From IMG/VR virus record IMGVR_UViG_3300028597_000008: DNA of 64,000 bases; one strand, given 5' to 3'. A program made the translations under genes and the position numbers. This document shows positions 1 through 10,700 of this stretch, piece by piece. The notes beneath the pieces are model-generated. The model was not told the origin of the DNA and ran no database searches. It was given only the letters and a program-made list of their open reading frames with translations. The number at the start of each line of letters is the position of its first letter. Within the stretch, counting starts at the first letter, position 1. The stretch comes from an uncultured virus (IMG/VR IMGVR_UViG_3300028597_000008). Taxonomy: Duplodnaviria; Heunggongvirae; Uroviricota; Caudoviricetes.

Positions 1-201
1 GCAAAAGCACCGGCCAAAGCCGCAGCTAAAACTGCTGCTAAACCAGTTGCGAAAAAAGAAGCCGCTAAAGTAGCCGCGAAAGTCGCTACCAAAGTTGCTA
101 CTAAAGCCGCAGCTAAAGCAACCAGCAAGGGCAAAGCAGTTCCTGCCAAAACTGGTGGCGCTAAAGCCAAAAGCGCAAACAAGAAAGCTACCCTGAGCTA
201 A
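1..201 (+). CDS. 3' end of Lys/Ala/Pro-rich histone H1-like (AlgP-like) DNA-binding protein (partial)
   Basis: Frame 1 reads AKAPAKAAAKTAAKPVAKKEAAKVAAKVATK...KKATLS* with TAA at 199-201; followed by a terminator. Confidence 0.75.
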   Translation, partial: AKAPAKAAAKTAAKPVAKKEAAKVAAKVATKVATKAAAKATSKGKAVPAKTGGAKAKSANKKATLS

Positions 202-228
202 TTAAGTCAGGCGTTTCTTGAGTAGTAC

Positions 229-271
229 AAAAAAACCCGCGATTATCCTGTATTGGAGTCGCGGGTTTTTT
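229..271 (+). terminator. Intrinsic terminator (possibly bidirectional)
   Basis: AAAAAAACCCGCGAT...GTCGCGGGTTTTTT stem flanked by A and T tracts. Confidence 0.85.
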
Positions 272-284
272 CGTTCTGGCACGC

Positions 285-296
285 TAATTTTAATAG
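285..296 (+). promoter_or_regulatory. Putative late promoter motif TAATTTW
   Basis: TAATTTTAATAG just after a terminator and before an operon; the motif recurs before other structural operons. Confidence 0.5.
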
Positions 297-310
297 TATA
301 GCCAACTCAC

Positions 311-1321
311 TTGGGTGTTTTCGCATTGCAAATACAATCAAAGTATATTGATGACGATCCGAACGTCATTGATTTGAAAAACGCCCGAAACGCCAATGAA
401 GTCATTACCGTTCTTTCGCGATGCAATACGACTTTTAGCGTTTTGGTTTCCAAATTCAATCAGAAAAAGCTTTCTTACCTTAAAGTGACGGATGGTGTAG
501 AGGCTTTGCAGTTTTGTCTGGATTCCTTGATTCTGTTGCGCTGCGCACGTACGGTTTCGGGTGACTTCAATGATACCAAACGCGACCGTTGTTTCAGCAT
601 GATTGACAGCATGCAAACCAACATTCGTGATTTCCAATCTTCGCTGATGGATATTATTGATTCGGTTTGTGCTTCACGAATGGATGAGCATCTGTCCTAT
701 TTGAGTACCGGCGTTTATCGTACTCTTTCCAAGATTGGCGAGACTACGCAACTGCATATTCGTCTGCCCGGTTCGCAGATGATTTGTTTCCGCACGGCGT
801 CCGGCATTACCGATAAAAACGGTTTTGTGTCTGGCCCGATCTGCGTAAAGCTGACGTATGTGAATGGCAAATATGCGATTAGCATTCCTGATTCGCCTTG
901 GGTGGCGTCTGAGGAATCAATCGTGAGCACCGCAAAAGATGTGCAAACGTATATCAACGGGAATTTGTCTGACTTCGATTACATTGGGAAACCAGTTCCG
1001 AAAGACGACAAATTGCTTGCATCGAAAATGGTGCAAGACGTGGACGTTACCGATGAATCATTGGTCGTAACGCTCAAGCCTTCTGTTCGCCCGGACGATA
1101 TCAACAAGTTTCTGGCACAGGTTCTGCCTTACCTGAAACGCGCTGTAAATCTACCCAACACCGATATCATCCACCGCGTATCTCAATTCGGGAATTCTCG
1201 TAGCGTTTCGTTTATTCTGGCGAAGCGTAAAATTTACGATCCCCGAAGTCTCGACCGAGTAACCAAACTGCTCAACGTCAGCAAAGCAGAGCGCGCCAAG
1301 ATCAACTCAATTATGGATTAA
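311..1321 (+). CDS. Hypothetical protein (start uncertain)
   Basis: 336-aa ORF in operon orientation; TTG start, no clear RBS. Confidence 0.7.
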   Translation: MGVFALQIQSKYIDDDPNVIDLKNARNANEVITVLSRCNTTFSVLVSKFNQKKLSYLKVTDGVEALQFCLDSLILLRCARTVSGDFNDTKRDRCFSMIDSMQTNIRDFQSSLMDIIDSVCASRMDEHLSYLSTGVYRTLSKIGETTQLHIRLPGSQMICFRTASGITDKNGFVSGPICVKLTYVNGKYAISIPDSPWVASEESIVSTAKDVQTYINGNLSDFDYIGKPVPKDDKLLASKMVQDVDVTDESLVVTLKPSVRPDDINKFLAQVLPYLKRAVNLPNTDIIHRVSQFGNSRSVSFILAKRKIYDPRSLDRVTKLLNVSKAERAKINSIMD

Positions 1322-1324
1322 CCA

Positions 1325-2467
1325 ATGGCCTTTAAATTCAGCACGCCAAAGAACGTCGCCAAGCTCGACAAAATGTCGGACGCGCAACTGGCGAAGTATT
1401 TCCAGAAACAACAACCGTTGTATCGCCGCGCACTCGCTAAACTCACCAGCCTGTTGAAACTGTTTTTCGGTCGCGTATTTAAAGCATTCGCCTCCGACGA
1501 AGTTCTCAATATGTCCGGTGGTGAAGGCGCCATTGACGTTTCTGGTGGTGGCGCTAAAAAAGGCGCAGCCAATCACGGCCTCACTGTTGAGAAATTCAAA
1601 GCTCCCGGCCCGCGTGCGCTGAAAGGCTACATTGACGCGCTGGAAACAATTGATTTCATCAACGAACTGGCCTATCAAATGGATCGTGCAGCGGCGTCGG
1701 AAGACAAGACCCTGCGCAGCCAGTTGAAAGAAATGGAAAAAATGCGCAATGCGTTGATCGACGGTTACACCAGCGCTATGGAAGCGATGGAAACTGTTGC
1801 GCAAAAACACATTCCTGATGCGGTCGGTGCGATTTTCCAAGGTGCACAGGATATCGCAACCAAGTTGCTGCCAGAAGATTTCGAAATTTACAACTACGTG
1901 TTTGTTGGCGTAGACGGTAAAGAAGCCGATTTCGTTCTGAACATGGACTTGACCGAAGAAGAGGAAAAGAAATCTCTGATCGTTGTTACTGCTCGCCTCG
2001 TGCCGCAAGACGATCACTTCGAAATTCGCTGCTACATCAACCATCTGGACAAGATGGCGATGCCGCACCGTTACAACGTCGGTACTGCAATTGACGGCAC
2101 CGATGTAAAAACCATCGTCAAGAAAATGAAGCCTGCAATTGAGCACGAAATTTCGATGACTCACGTTATCGGCCTGCTCGGTGCAATCGCCATCCCGGTT
2201 GACGAAACTGAAATCGAGAAAAAGCTGTCGGCTATCGACGGCGTGACCGGTGTGAGTTTCGAACATGACGACGAAGGCGTTTCGGAAATTCATTTCGAAG
2301 TTCCCGGCATTACTGCTGGTGACGAAGACGCTAAACTCGCCCGCGCTGCTGCGTTCCGTATCGTCAGTTCCGTAACCAAAGTGAAAGCTATGCTGCGTAA
2401 ACAGTACAGCCTGAATTTGGTGAACGAAGACGATCATTGCATTTTGACTCTGACTCATAAGAGCTAA
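1325..2467 (+). CDS. Hypothetical protein, possibly virion-associated
   Basis: 380-aa ORF with phage-typical codon usage, 3 nt after the previous stop. Confidence 0.8.
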   Translation: MAFKFSTPKNVAKLDKMSDAQLAKYFQKQQPLYRRALAKLTSLLKLFFGRVFKAFASDEVLNMSGGEGAIDVSGGGAKKGAANHGLTVEKFKAPGPRALKGYIDALETIDFINELAYQMDRAAASEDKTLRSQLKEMEKMRNALIDGYTSAMEAMETVAQKHIPDAVGAIFQGAQDIATKLLPEDFEIYNYVFVGVDGKEADFVLNMDLTEEEEKKSLIVVTARLVPQDDHFEIRCYINHLDKMAMPHRYNVGTAIDGTDVKTIVKKMKPAIEHEISMTHVIGLLGAIAIPVDETEIEKKLSAIDGVTGVSFEHDDEGVSEIHFEVPGITAGDEDAKLARAAAFRIVSSVTKVKAMLRKQYSLNLVNEDDHCILTLTHKS

Positions 2468-3364
2468 ATGTATCAGCACATTGGCATGCCGTTAGATTTT
2501 CGTCTTTCGGCATGGCCTTACGGCGGCAACCGCTATGTGACGACGTATAACACTGATCGCTACCGCATTGATATTCGCGCAATTCTTGATTACGTCGAGA
2601 CTGAATTGCGTAAGATGCCAACTGCTTTTGTTTTGAAAACAACGTTCACGCTTTTAAACGTGTACAGCGAATTCACAGACACGAGCGTCGGTATCTCAAT
2701 GGAGCCGGATAAAACAATTCGGCGCGGTATGTTGACGTTCACTTTTGCACGCACGCGAAATGAGGAAGTTCTCAAACCGCTGGTTGTGCAGTGGCGCAAC
2801 ACGTACACCTGCCAATGGGGATGTGCCGCCAATGCTCCCATTGATTTCATTACCATCAACGTGCCAATCAATATTGCAACGCGTGCCCGGATTCAACAGA
2901 TGACGGAACTGCATCAGCGCAATTTGTTTGATATTGTCGGCGGTTATACGAAAGCAGTGGTGCGATCAATACGTGACAGAAACACGTCCGTCGATATCAT
3001 GCGGAATTACAAATACTACACGATTCCCCGTTCCATGTTTTATCTCGGGTTGGGTGATTGGAAGTACGTGTTGGAATTCTGGAAACGAATGCCAGATTTG
3101 CTCAAGGTAGAGTGGTCGGCAAAGTTCACCGAATATTACGTTCGCTACATCGCTGCGGATTTGCCTGATCGCAAGCGCAGTCCGTACTATGCGCAGTACA
3201 ACGAAGAGTGCCAAGATCGTTTGCGGCAATTCATTCTCCGTTATCTGCAAAATAAAGTGCGGTCTGATGAAGCGAATTTGGTCGCACTCTTACCCGCCGA
3301 TGACATGCTGATTCACGATGTGGAAACGCTTGTTGCAAATCTGGCGAAGGGAATAATCGAATGA
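2468..3364 (+). CDS. Hypothetical protein
   Basis: 298-aa ORF abutting the upstream stop and overlapping the downstream ATG. Confidence 0.75.
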   Translation: MYQHIGMPLDFRLSAWPYGGNRYVTTYNTDRYRIDIRAILDYVETELRKMPTAFVLKTTFTLLNVYSEFTDTSVGISMEPDKTIRRGMLTFTFARTRNEEVLKPLVVQWRNTYTCQWGCAANAPIDFITINVPINIATRARIQQMTELHQRNLFDIVGGYTKAVVRSIRDRNTSVDIMRNYKYYTIPRSMFYLGLGDWKYVLEFWKRMPDLLKVEWSAKFTEYYVRYIAADLPDRKRSPYYAQYNEECQDRLRQFILRYLQNKVRSDEANLVALLPADDMLIHDVETLVANLAKGIIE

Positions 3365-4563
3365 ATGTTTATGAAGGAGAGACAGCTTCGATTGTTGAAG
3401 AGTTTTTGAATGAGTGGGACGAACCAGTAATGCCGCGTGAGCATAGCGCCGCACCTCTGGTTCGTTTATACGATCAAGACAAATCAATCATCGCAGAAGT
3501 CACCGCCGTAAACGATCCGCAATCCGGCCCCGGTAGTTGGCGTGCAGATTTGCCTATTCCTGAAATGGATTTGCATGATTCTGTTACGTTAATTGCGCGT
3601 TGGCATTACGACGGCGAAGACGGAACGTACACGGCAAAAACAAAGATTGTTGTAGACCCAAATGCAGAAGGCCGCGATCAAGATATCGTGATTGTTTGCG
3701 GTCATGATACGCGCATGCAGTTGAATGTTCCGATTCGCTACCGAGCGCCAAAGATCGGTCAGAAAGCAAATCTGGCAACCGGTCAAAAAGCAATTGAAGG
3801 CAAACCCGGCGACCGCATGTCCGTTTCGCTGTACTACAACAACCGTTCCATTATCGAAAACCTCGATGTGGAAGATCAAAGCGTTAAGCTGGAAAAGTTC
3901 AAAAACAAAACGCTTATCGACCTGCCTGCAATTGTCGGTAAGCCGCAAATGGCACCGTTGAGCCTGCTGGTTCGGCACAAACCCGTGAAGGGATTAGCGG
4001 AAAATACCTACACCTACAAAGTGTGGGCAATCACTCCGCAAATTCTGGTGGCTGCACGTCAACTGGAAGATTTCATCAACAAAGCTCGAATTGCAAACAT
4101 CATTCCTGAGTTGGAATATACGCATTCGGATTTGATGGAATATCTTTCACGGGGCTTGGCGTATTTCAACGCCGTAAAACCAATCATTACATCCTTTGAC
4201 GGTACGAATATGCAAGGCCCTTTGATGAACGCGTGGTTGACGTGTTCTGCGTATTACGCATTGGGTGCGCAGATTCAAGCCGAAGGTGCATTAGGATTTG
4301 ATTTCGCCGGTCAAACGGTCAGTCTAAATATTGATCGAACTCCCGCGCTCGAAAGTGCTTTGGGACGAATTGATAGCGAGATTGAAAACAGTGTAAAACC
4401 GCTTAAACTTCTTTTGAGTCGAGCGGGTGCATTGGGTGGTGATGGTAGTGTCGGTGGTGGGCCAATCGACGGTAGCAGAAACTTTGGTGTGCTTGGCCTA
4501 AGCAATACTCCGATGACACGTTTGCCTTGGCGGCGTAGCAGTTGGATGCGATCTTTCTTCTAA
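3361..4563 (+). CDS. Putative neck / head-tail adaptor protein
   Basis: C-terminal LEYTHSDLMEYLSRGLAYFN...ALGAQIQAEGALGFDFAGQTVSLNIDR resembles myophage neck (T4 gp13-like) proteins; ATGA overlap. Confidence 0.5.
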   Translation: MNVYEGETASIVEEFLNEWDEPVMPREHSAAPLVRLYDQDKSIIAEVTAVNDPQSGPGSWRADLPIPEMDLHDSVTLIARWHYDGEDGTYTAKTKIVVDPNAEGRDQDIVIVCGHDTRMQLNVPIRYRAPKIGQKANLATGQKAIEGKPGDRMSVSLYYNNRSIIENLDVEDQSVKLEKFKNKTLIDLPAIVGKPQMAPLSLLVRHKPVKGLAENTYTYKVWAITPQILVAARQLEDFINKARIANIIPELEYTHSDLMEYLSRGLAYFNAVKPIITSFDGTNMQGPLMNAWLTCSAYYALGAQIQAEGALGFDFAGQTVSLNIDRTPALESALGRIDSEIENSVKPLKLLLSRAGALGGDGSVGGGPIDGSRNFGVLGLSNTPMTRLPWRRSSWMRSFF

Positions 4564-4566
4564 AGT

Positions 4567-4578
4567 TAATTTAAATGA
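4567..4578 (+). promoter_or_regulatory. Putative late promoter motif TAATTTW
   Basis: TAATTTAAATGA followed by a GAGAGA...TCTCTC hairpin and a GGAG RBS before ATG 4610. Confidence 0.55.
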
Positions 4579-4609
4579 GAGAAACACTCTCTCACTTGGA
4601 GAACATAAC

Positions 4610-5461
4610 ATGGCTTTTTCCTGCAAATCCGCATCGACCGCTCTGTCCGCTAAACAAGCTGACCGCGCCGCTGCTGTTCAAATCCGTGAAGCGTATCAAG
4701 TAGATGATCGTTTCATGCGCGTTGTTGCTGTTGCTTCTGCGCTGGCTACCCCGGAACAAGTATTCGCTGGTTTCCGTAGCGAATTCAAAAACGCAACTCC
4801 AATTCCGGGTTCGTTTGTTTCGCTGGCACGCGATGGTAAAAACCACGTGTTCGAAGGTATCATCGGTGTTGTTTCGGAACGCGTTGTTTTGAATGACGAA
4901 AACCGTGGCAATTTCCAAGCCGTTGCTGGCAACATGTTCGTTTCCAAAGACGATTCCGAATCGCTGTGGGCACTGAAAGCCACTGCGACCGGTGAAGTTC
5001 TGGTGAAAGCCGCATGCGCCGACGACCACGCTGTAATGCAGCAACTGATGGCCTGTGCATCGTCCGATTTGAACGACCATTTCTATTCGGAAATTGGTTC
5101 GCACACTGCGCAAATTCGTGCAGCCGTTCAAGGCGGTGATTTGGTTCACTTCGTTTCGCAAGCCAGCGCCACTGCCGAACTGGGCATGGTTGCTTTTGCA
5201 ATCGACAATGAAGACGGCACCGACACTCACACCATCCGCGTTGTTCGTCCAAACGGCCAAAGCGAAACCGTCAACCGTGAAATGGTTGTTGCTGTTTCGA
5301 CCGTCGAAGAAAACGAGGACGATCAAGAAGATTTCGAAGCCACTGCTTCTGCCACAATCGACTACGAAAAAGCGCAAGCGTATTACGCTCGTATGTTCGC
5401 ACGTCGCCCGGCCTACTTCGAAATGTTCATGCAACGTTTCCGTAGCCACGCTTTCTTCTAA
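4610..5461 (+). CDS. Hypothetical abundant virion (head) protein
   Basis: 283 aa, strong codon bias, own RBS, upstream motif and terminator; contains AVAS and ATAS motifs. Confidence 0.6.
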   Translation: MAFSCKSASTALSAKQADRAAAVQIREAYQVDDRFMRVVAVASALATPEQVFAGFRSEFKNATPIPGSFVSLARDGKNHVFEGIIGVVSERVVLNDENRGNFQAVAGNMFVSKDDSESLWALKATATGEVLVKAACADDHAVMQQLMACASSDLNDHFYSEIGSHTAQIRAAVQGGDLVHFVSQASATAELGMVAFAIDNEDGTDTHTIRVVRPNGQSETVNREMVVAVSTVEENEDDQEDFEATASATIDYEKAQAYYARMFARRPAYFEMFMQRFRSHAFF

Positions 5462-5482
5462 GCGCACACGGCAACAGATAAC

Positions 5483-5504
5483 AGGGGGCTTCGTGCCCCC
5501 TTTT
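5483..5504 (+). terminator. Intrinsic terminator
   Basis: AGGGGGC-TTCGT-GCCCCCT followed by TTT. Confidence 0.75.
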
Positions 5505-5524
5505 ATCAATCTGGCGGGAAAAAT

Positions 5525-6346
5525 ATGGCAAAGCGCGAACGAGAAAGAATTATCGACGTAAGCGGTGGAGCCGACGTTGATGATCGCGGTAAATTCCGCA
5601 ACAAGGATGCCGACGATGGTAGTGGGCGTTCTGCTTCTAAAGTAAAGAAGAAAAAGAAAGTTAAAACGGTCGAGCGTGAAGCTGTCGTCATTGAGGACAA
5701 CACGTATAAAGTCGGCCAAGAGAAAAAGAAAAAGAAACGTGCAGCATCGGTTGATTCTCCGCTAAAGAGCGACAAGAAGAAACTGAAAAAATCTAAGCTG
5801 GGTAAAACCATCGAAGGTGAAGTTGTACGCATTCCAGATTCCCAGTTGCCTGCAATTGTGGGGAACAAAAAGACTGCAAAGAAACGTGCGCAGATGGTAG
5901 AAGCGATTGAGGAATACGTTACGCTTCCACCGCCCGTTGACGAATATGACCGAGAATATCGGCGCATGTTTGAAAACAGCGTGGGCCTTGCTCAACGACT
6001 CGAAGAGCAGATGGAAGAGCGGATTTACAACCGCGACGTTTACGCACTCAACACGATCTATTCACAGATTCGCGAAATCATTGCAGACCTGCGTGCTACG
6101 CGGGATATCAGCGCGCAAATTGCTGAATTGGAATCGACGGTGATCGGCCCATACCACAAGGTTGTCGGCCAAGCGCTTTCTGCAATTCTGTTCCACGTTG
6201 AAGGCACCATTTCGAAGTTCGTTAAAGACGGCGACCTTCGCGAAGAAATCATCAAGAAGTTGAAAAACACAATCTACGAATCCGCTGTGGATTTGCAGGA
6301 AGAATACGGCAAAGCCGTTGACCGAGCCGGTAAGGTATTGCTATGA
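5525..6346 (+). CDS. Hypothetical protein with Lys-rich N-terminus (weak small-terminase-like candidate)
   Basis: 273 aa; poly-K tracts then a helical C-terminal domain; coupled to the HNH gene. Function speculative. Confidence 0.6.
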   Translation: MAKRERERIIDVSGGADVDDRGKFRNKDADDGSGRSASKVKKKKKVKTVEREAVVIEDNTYKVGQEKKKKKRAASVDSPLKSDKKKLKKSKLGKTIEGEVVRIPDSQLPAIVGNKKTAKKRAQMVEAIEEYVTLPPPVDEYDREYRRMFENSVGLAQRLEEQMEERIYNRDVYALNTIYSQIREIIADLRATRDISAQIAELESTVIGPYHKVVGQALSAILFHVEGTISKFVKDGDLREEIIKKLKNTIYESAVDLQEEYGKAVDRAGKVLL

Positions 6347-6672
6347 CCCCAAAACGGATTCGCCCGCACAAAGTAAAGAACACACAGAAAAAAGCTGGAA
6401 CGGCAGTGGTTGCGAAAGTGCGGCGCGATTCCGTTAAATCTTACGGCGAACGATGGGATTGGATGGCCGTACGTAAAAAAGTGATTGAACGTGATGGCGG
6501 CAAATGTCGGTTGTGTAAAAGCACTGAACATTTGCAAGTCGATCATATCCGCCCGGTTGCAAAAGGCGGTATAACAACGATGAGCAACCTGTGGACACTG
6601 TGCGCGTTCTGCCACGCAAAACGTCCCGGCCACAAAAATGCACGCCACCTCATTCTAGCGAAAACAAAATGA
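6343..6672 (+). CDS. HNH endonuclease
   Basis: CRLC...LQVDHIRPVAKGG...SNLWTLCAFCHAK: HNH signature with two CxxC pairs. Confidence 0.92.
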   Translation: MTPKRIRPHKVKNTQKKAGTAVVAKVRRDSVKSYGERWDWMAVRKKVIERDGGKCRLCKSTEHLQVDHIRPVAKGGITTMSNLWTLCAFCHAKRPGHKNARHLILAKTK

Positions 6673-7301
6673 GAAAACCCTCAGACATTAGCGAAGAATA
6701 CACAGGGTCGTGGGAAGCGTTTTTGGAATTACCTTCCACGAGGAAACGCGATCCCGAACTTTTGGGTGAATGTTTTCGGATACTTTTGCAACAAGCAGGG
6801 ATTAAATGTCCGACGCTGAAATCGCTTCGTGATTTTTTAACTGTAAATACCAGATACGCATCCTTGCTTCGTCGCGTAAATATCAGTTTCCTTTTGAGCT
6901 ACCTGAAACCTGTCCGTCACCAATTCCAATTCGTGCTTAATGAAATCAGGGTATCGAACATCCTTGATGGCTTTACCATTCGGGGCCAAGTTAAGCTGAA
7001 ACCTCAACGCTTCGAAATGAAGTATTTGCTGGAACGAATGAAAGTTGGTCGAGTGTTTGACGCGATTCCCGAACAACTGGATCGTAAAAAATATCCCAGT
7101 AGTGAAGCGGCCATTCGTGACCGCGATTACTACCTGATCTTTCGGGATAAGGATATGATGCTGGAAGTGACGCGAATCAAAGGCGACTTTTTGGTGCTCC
7201 GTTACGAAGTGTATTTTAAAAACGAGATTCCGCTTTACCCGAATCTTGACAAACAACTATTCGCGCTTTGGCGAAGAGCAACTATCGGAGACTTTCGATG
7301 A
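6669..7301 (+). CDS. Hypothetical protein
   Basis: Start set at the ATGA overlap with the HNH stop (MRKPSDISEE...). Confidence 0.7.
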   Translation: MRKPSDISEEYTGSWEAFLELPSTRKRDPELLGECFRILLQQAGIKCPTLKSLRDFLTVNTRYASLLRRVNISFLLSYLKPVRHQFQFVLNEIRVSNILDGFTIRGQVKLKPQRFEMKYLLERMKVGRVFDAIPEQLDRKKYPSSEAAIRDRDYYLIFRDKDMMLEVTRIKGDFLVLRYEVYFKNEIPLYPNLDKQLFALWRRATIGDFR

Positions 7302-7720
7302 CCCTGAAAGCCGCACTCGACAACGCTGAGACGGCACTCATTCTTTTGGAAAAGAGTGGTGCCAGTCCAGAAGATAAACTCGCTGCACTTCGTCCGCTGC
7401 TGTATCAGTTGCGTTCGGATTTGATCGACGTTTCCGAACACGATTATCGGAATTACATCGAGGCCGAACAGAAACCGCTGACGGATATGCAGGCTCTCGA
7501 ATTCGATGATGCCGAAGTGCAGGAAAAGTTTTACGAAAATCTGAGCGTGCAGGAAATCAACAACCTGCGCAGCTTCTATGATATTGAAGCTTTCCAAGAA
7601 ATCGACAACGACCGCGTTCGCGTGTGTCTTGCCCGCGCCCTTTGTCAGATTGCTTCTGAGAAAGGCGTTACCCCAAACAAAAGCTGGCTGGCAGTTATCA
7701 GCGCCGAAGGGAACATTTGA
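7298..7720 (+). CDS. Hypothetical protein
   Basis: GGAG RBS and ATGA overlap at 7298. Confidence 0.72.
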   Translation: MTLKAALDNAETALILLEKSGASPEDKLAALRPLLYQLRSDLIDVSEHDYRNYIEAEQKPLTDMQALEFDDAEVQEKFYENLSVQEINNLRSFYDIEAFQEIDNDRVRVCLARALCQIASEKGVTPNKSWLAVISAEGNI

Positions 7721-7729
7721 GGAAATACG

Positions 7730-10700
7730 ATGAACCAAAAGCCTAATCTGATTGGGGAAGCGATTGCGGAATATCGCCGCCGCCAAGCGCAAAGCGGGGA
7801 AATGGCTACCGCTGCTGCCAAAGAACGCGAAGAAAGTGAAATCGTAAAAGCGTTGCGTCCTGTCAATCTTGACCCGGATCGTGAGCAAGACTACGAACGT
7901 TTCTTCTACCCTTCGAAACGTAACTACCTGACCCCGGTGCTGGAATCGCTCGCTGATGTTACTGCAAACATCAACTTGTTTTTCTACTTCATGCGAAATG
8001 TCATGGAGCGCGCCAACTACATTTCCGGTCTGGATCAAGAAGCGCAAAACGAATACGTCAATGACCTGCTGAACAGCGCATTTGGCCGCAAGGTTGAAGC
8101 TGCAAAAGTCAAAGACAACGTGGTTAGTTATCTGCGTGCAATTCGCGCATCGAAAGATACTTTCCACCAGCTTTATCGTTCGCAGCGTTACGCGGACGGC
8201 GTTGATATCGTACTGATCGGTACGGGCGACGACAAAGGCAGCACGGAAAATCCGGTGTTCCTCGGTTCCGGTGATATGCCGCTGAAAAACAACTTCCTGC
8301 CGAACGGCCCAAGCCACAACGATTGGACGCCGGTTTCGCTGGCACGTCGTGGTAAATGGCAATCGCCAGTTGGTCAGAACGTTGTAAAAGCTGCAAACGA
8401 AATCAATCAATTCCTGTTCGGTACTTCTGCAATTTCGGAACGTACTCAACACAAGGGATTGAGCGTCAACACGAAGTTTTCTGGCATTCAGCAAATCTTC
8501 GAAGCGGCTACCGGCTTCCAACTGAAAATGGAATTGGTCACTGACCTGTTCAACGATTCCGATTTGGCAGAACAATTCCTGCAAGTCGAAATGTTGCGCA
8601 TTCCATCGGAACAAGCTCGCAATATCGCCGAAGATTCGTACGGTGATGCGCGCCAGCGTACCGATGCACCGTTGCCTGAAACTCGTGGTCGCGTTGACGC
8701 TTCGCTGAATGATCCTGATTCGAAACGTTTGGCACCAGAAGCCGAAGCGCTGAACATCGTCGTACGTTCGACTGTGCGTTTCACTCTGGAAAAAGACATT
8801 GCAAACTTCATTAGCCAAAGTGAAGACCGTCCGAACCTGAGCCGTGTTAACTCGTGGTTCACCATTTACGTCGGCCAGTTCCTGCAAGCAAAACCGCAGC
8901 GTGCATCCGTTCGTAAAAACCGTGCGGAAATTTCCAACGCACAAACCATGCAATACGATGACATTCCGCGTTACACCATGAGTGCATCGACGCTGAAAAA
9001 GCTGTCGGACATTCGTGCTGCAAACGGTTTTGTTGTTGAGAAAACCAAAGGCAACCCGGAAGGTCTGTACGTTGCTCCGTCCGGTGCAATTGCAGCACGT
9101 CCTGATATCGAAGCATTCAAGAATTCCAAACTGGCCGAAGAGCATGAAAACCTCTCGGAAGAAATGTTGGAAATTCTCGGTCGCAACGATATTTCGTACG
9201 CTGCCTATCAGGAAAATCCGAAGCCGGTTCAATGGCCGCATGTTCCTGAAAGCGATATGCTGCGTCTGGAAGAAATCAACGAACGTCTCGGCGAATTCGA
9301 AGGCGTGCTGCTGGGTTACGATTGGGACTTCGGTGTTGCCATTTATGGTAGCCACACTCCCGGCGCAACTCGCACCATTCAGGAAAACGGTTCTGTAACT
9401 CCTGATGCACTTTCGGTTGCGGATTATCTCGGTTACAACCTCGCTCGCGATGGCGAACAACCGATGGTTCGTAACTTCGCAAATACCATGTACATGCTGG
9501 CTCGCGATCAAGCTAGTGCTTCGCGTGCGGCGATTGATTCGCAGCGTATGTACGGTTCTGCTGAAAACCCCGGACAGTTTGCAGGTTCGGAAATCATGGA
9601 CAAGGCAATTCTGCCTCTGTACGTGCAATTGGCTTACGCTGAAAACAAAGCGCCTAAGCTGGAAGAAATCGTAAAAAATGCGATGAAAGTTTTGGGCTAC
9701 ACTGCCCTGCCAACTGATCGTCAGAAATTCGATTATTCCGATGTTTATCACGACCGTATGCGCGAAGACGGTACGCCGGTTCGTGTGAACAACCCTGCGT
9801 CGGTTCGTGGTTTCATCATGACGATGCTGACCAGCGCAATGACCGCAGCAAAAGGCGGGCCGGGTACTTTCCTGTGGAACGAAACCGCAATGTCCCTCAA
9901 GGGCACCAGCGGTCAATCGCCAACCTCTTTTGAAGTTGAAGAGGAACTGGAAAATCACCCGCAATATTTCAACTCTTCGCGTTCGCCTACTGCGCATTTC
10001 GGGCGTCTGTACAATTACCTCGGCGGTCAGATTTTCAAACAGGTAATTGACGCAATCAACGCGATTCCGCCAGCGGATTATCTGAACTACACCAACGGCA
10101 CCGAAAAGGGCGCTGACTTTGGTGTGAACCCGTACAACAACACCGTCCGTTCTACCGGTGATGTTAAAAAGGTTCCGAACAACATCATTCTGAAACACGT
10201 TCTGCCGTACACTTTGATGCTCGGCAAATATGTTCCGAATCATGAAACCATTTACGCGCAGGCCGATGAATACGTTGAGTCGATTCGTCCTACCGAAGGT
10301 TTCAGTGAAGAAGAAATTCGTGTTCCGGGTTTGGTGAACGATCCAAACAGCCCGCGTGCTGTATTCCCGCACCAGCGTGATACTCAAGCGTATTTGCGGA
10401 AAGAAGTTCCACCGCCATTTGCAATTCTGGCATTGGAACCGGGCGGCGGTAAAACCGGCCAAGGCGTAATCGACATGACCTGTATGGCCGTCGATATGCT
10501 GGAAACTGGCGAGCGTGTAAAACCGCTTGTGATTTGCCCGAACGGTTTGGTTGGTACGTGGTGTGCGGATATCAAATATTTCCTCGGGAATAACTGGAAC
10601 GCATTTCCAATCACCGCCGACGTTATGAAACGTTGGGGGCCGGATCGTCTGGCGCAGTTCGCTTTGTCTGCTCCGCCAAACACCATTTTCATCACTTCGA

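Noticed and set aside
6343..6672. HNH as a homing endonuclease within an intron or other mobile element
   Set aside because: It is a short stand-alone HNH coupled to both neighbours, with no interrupted gene or intron structure
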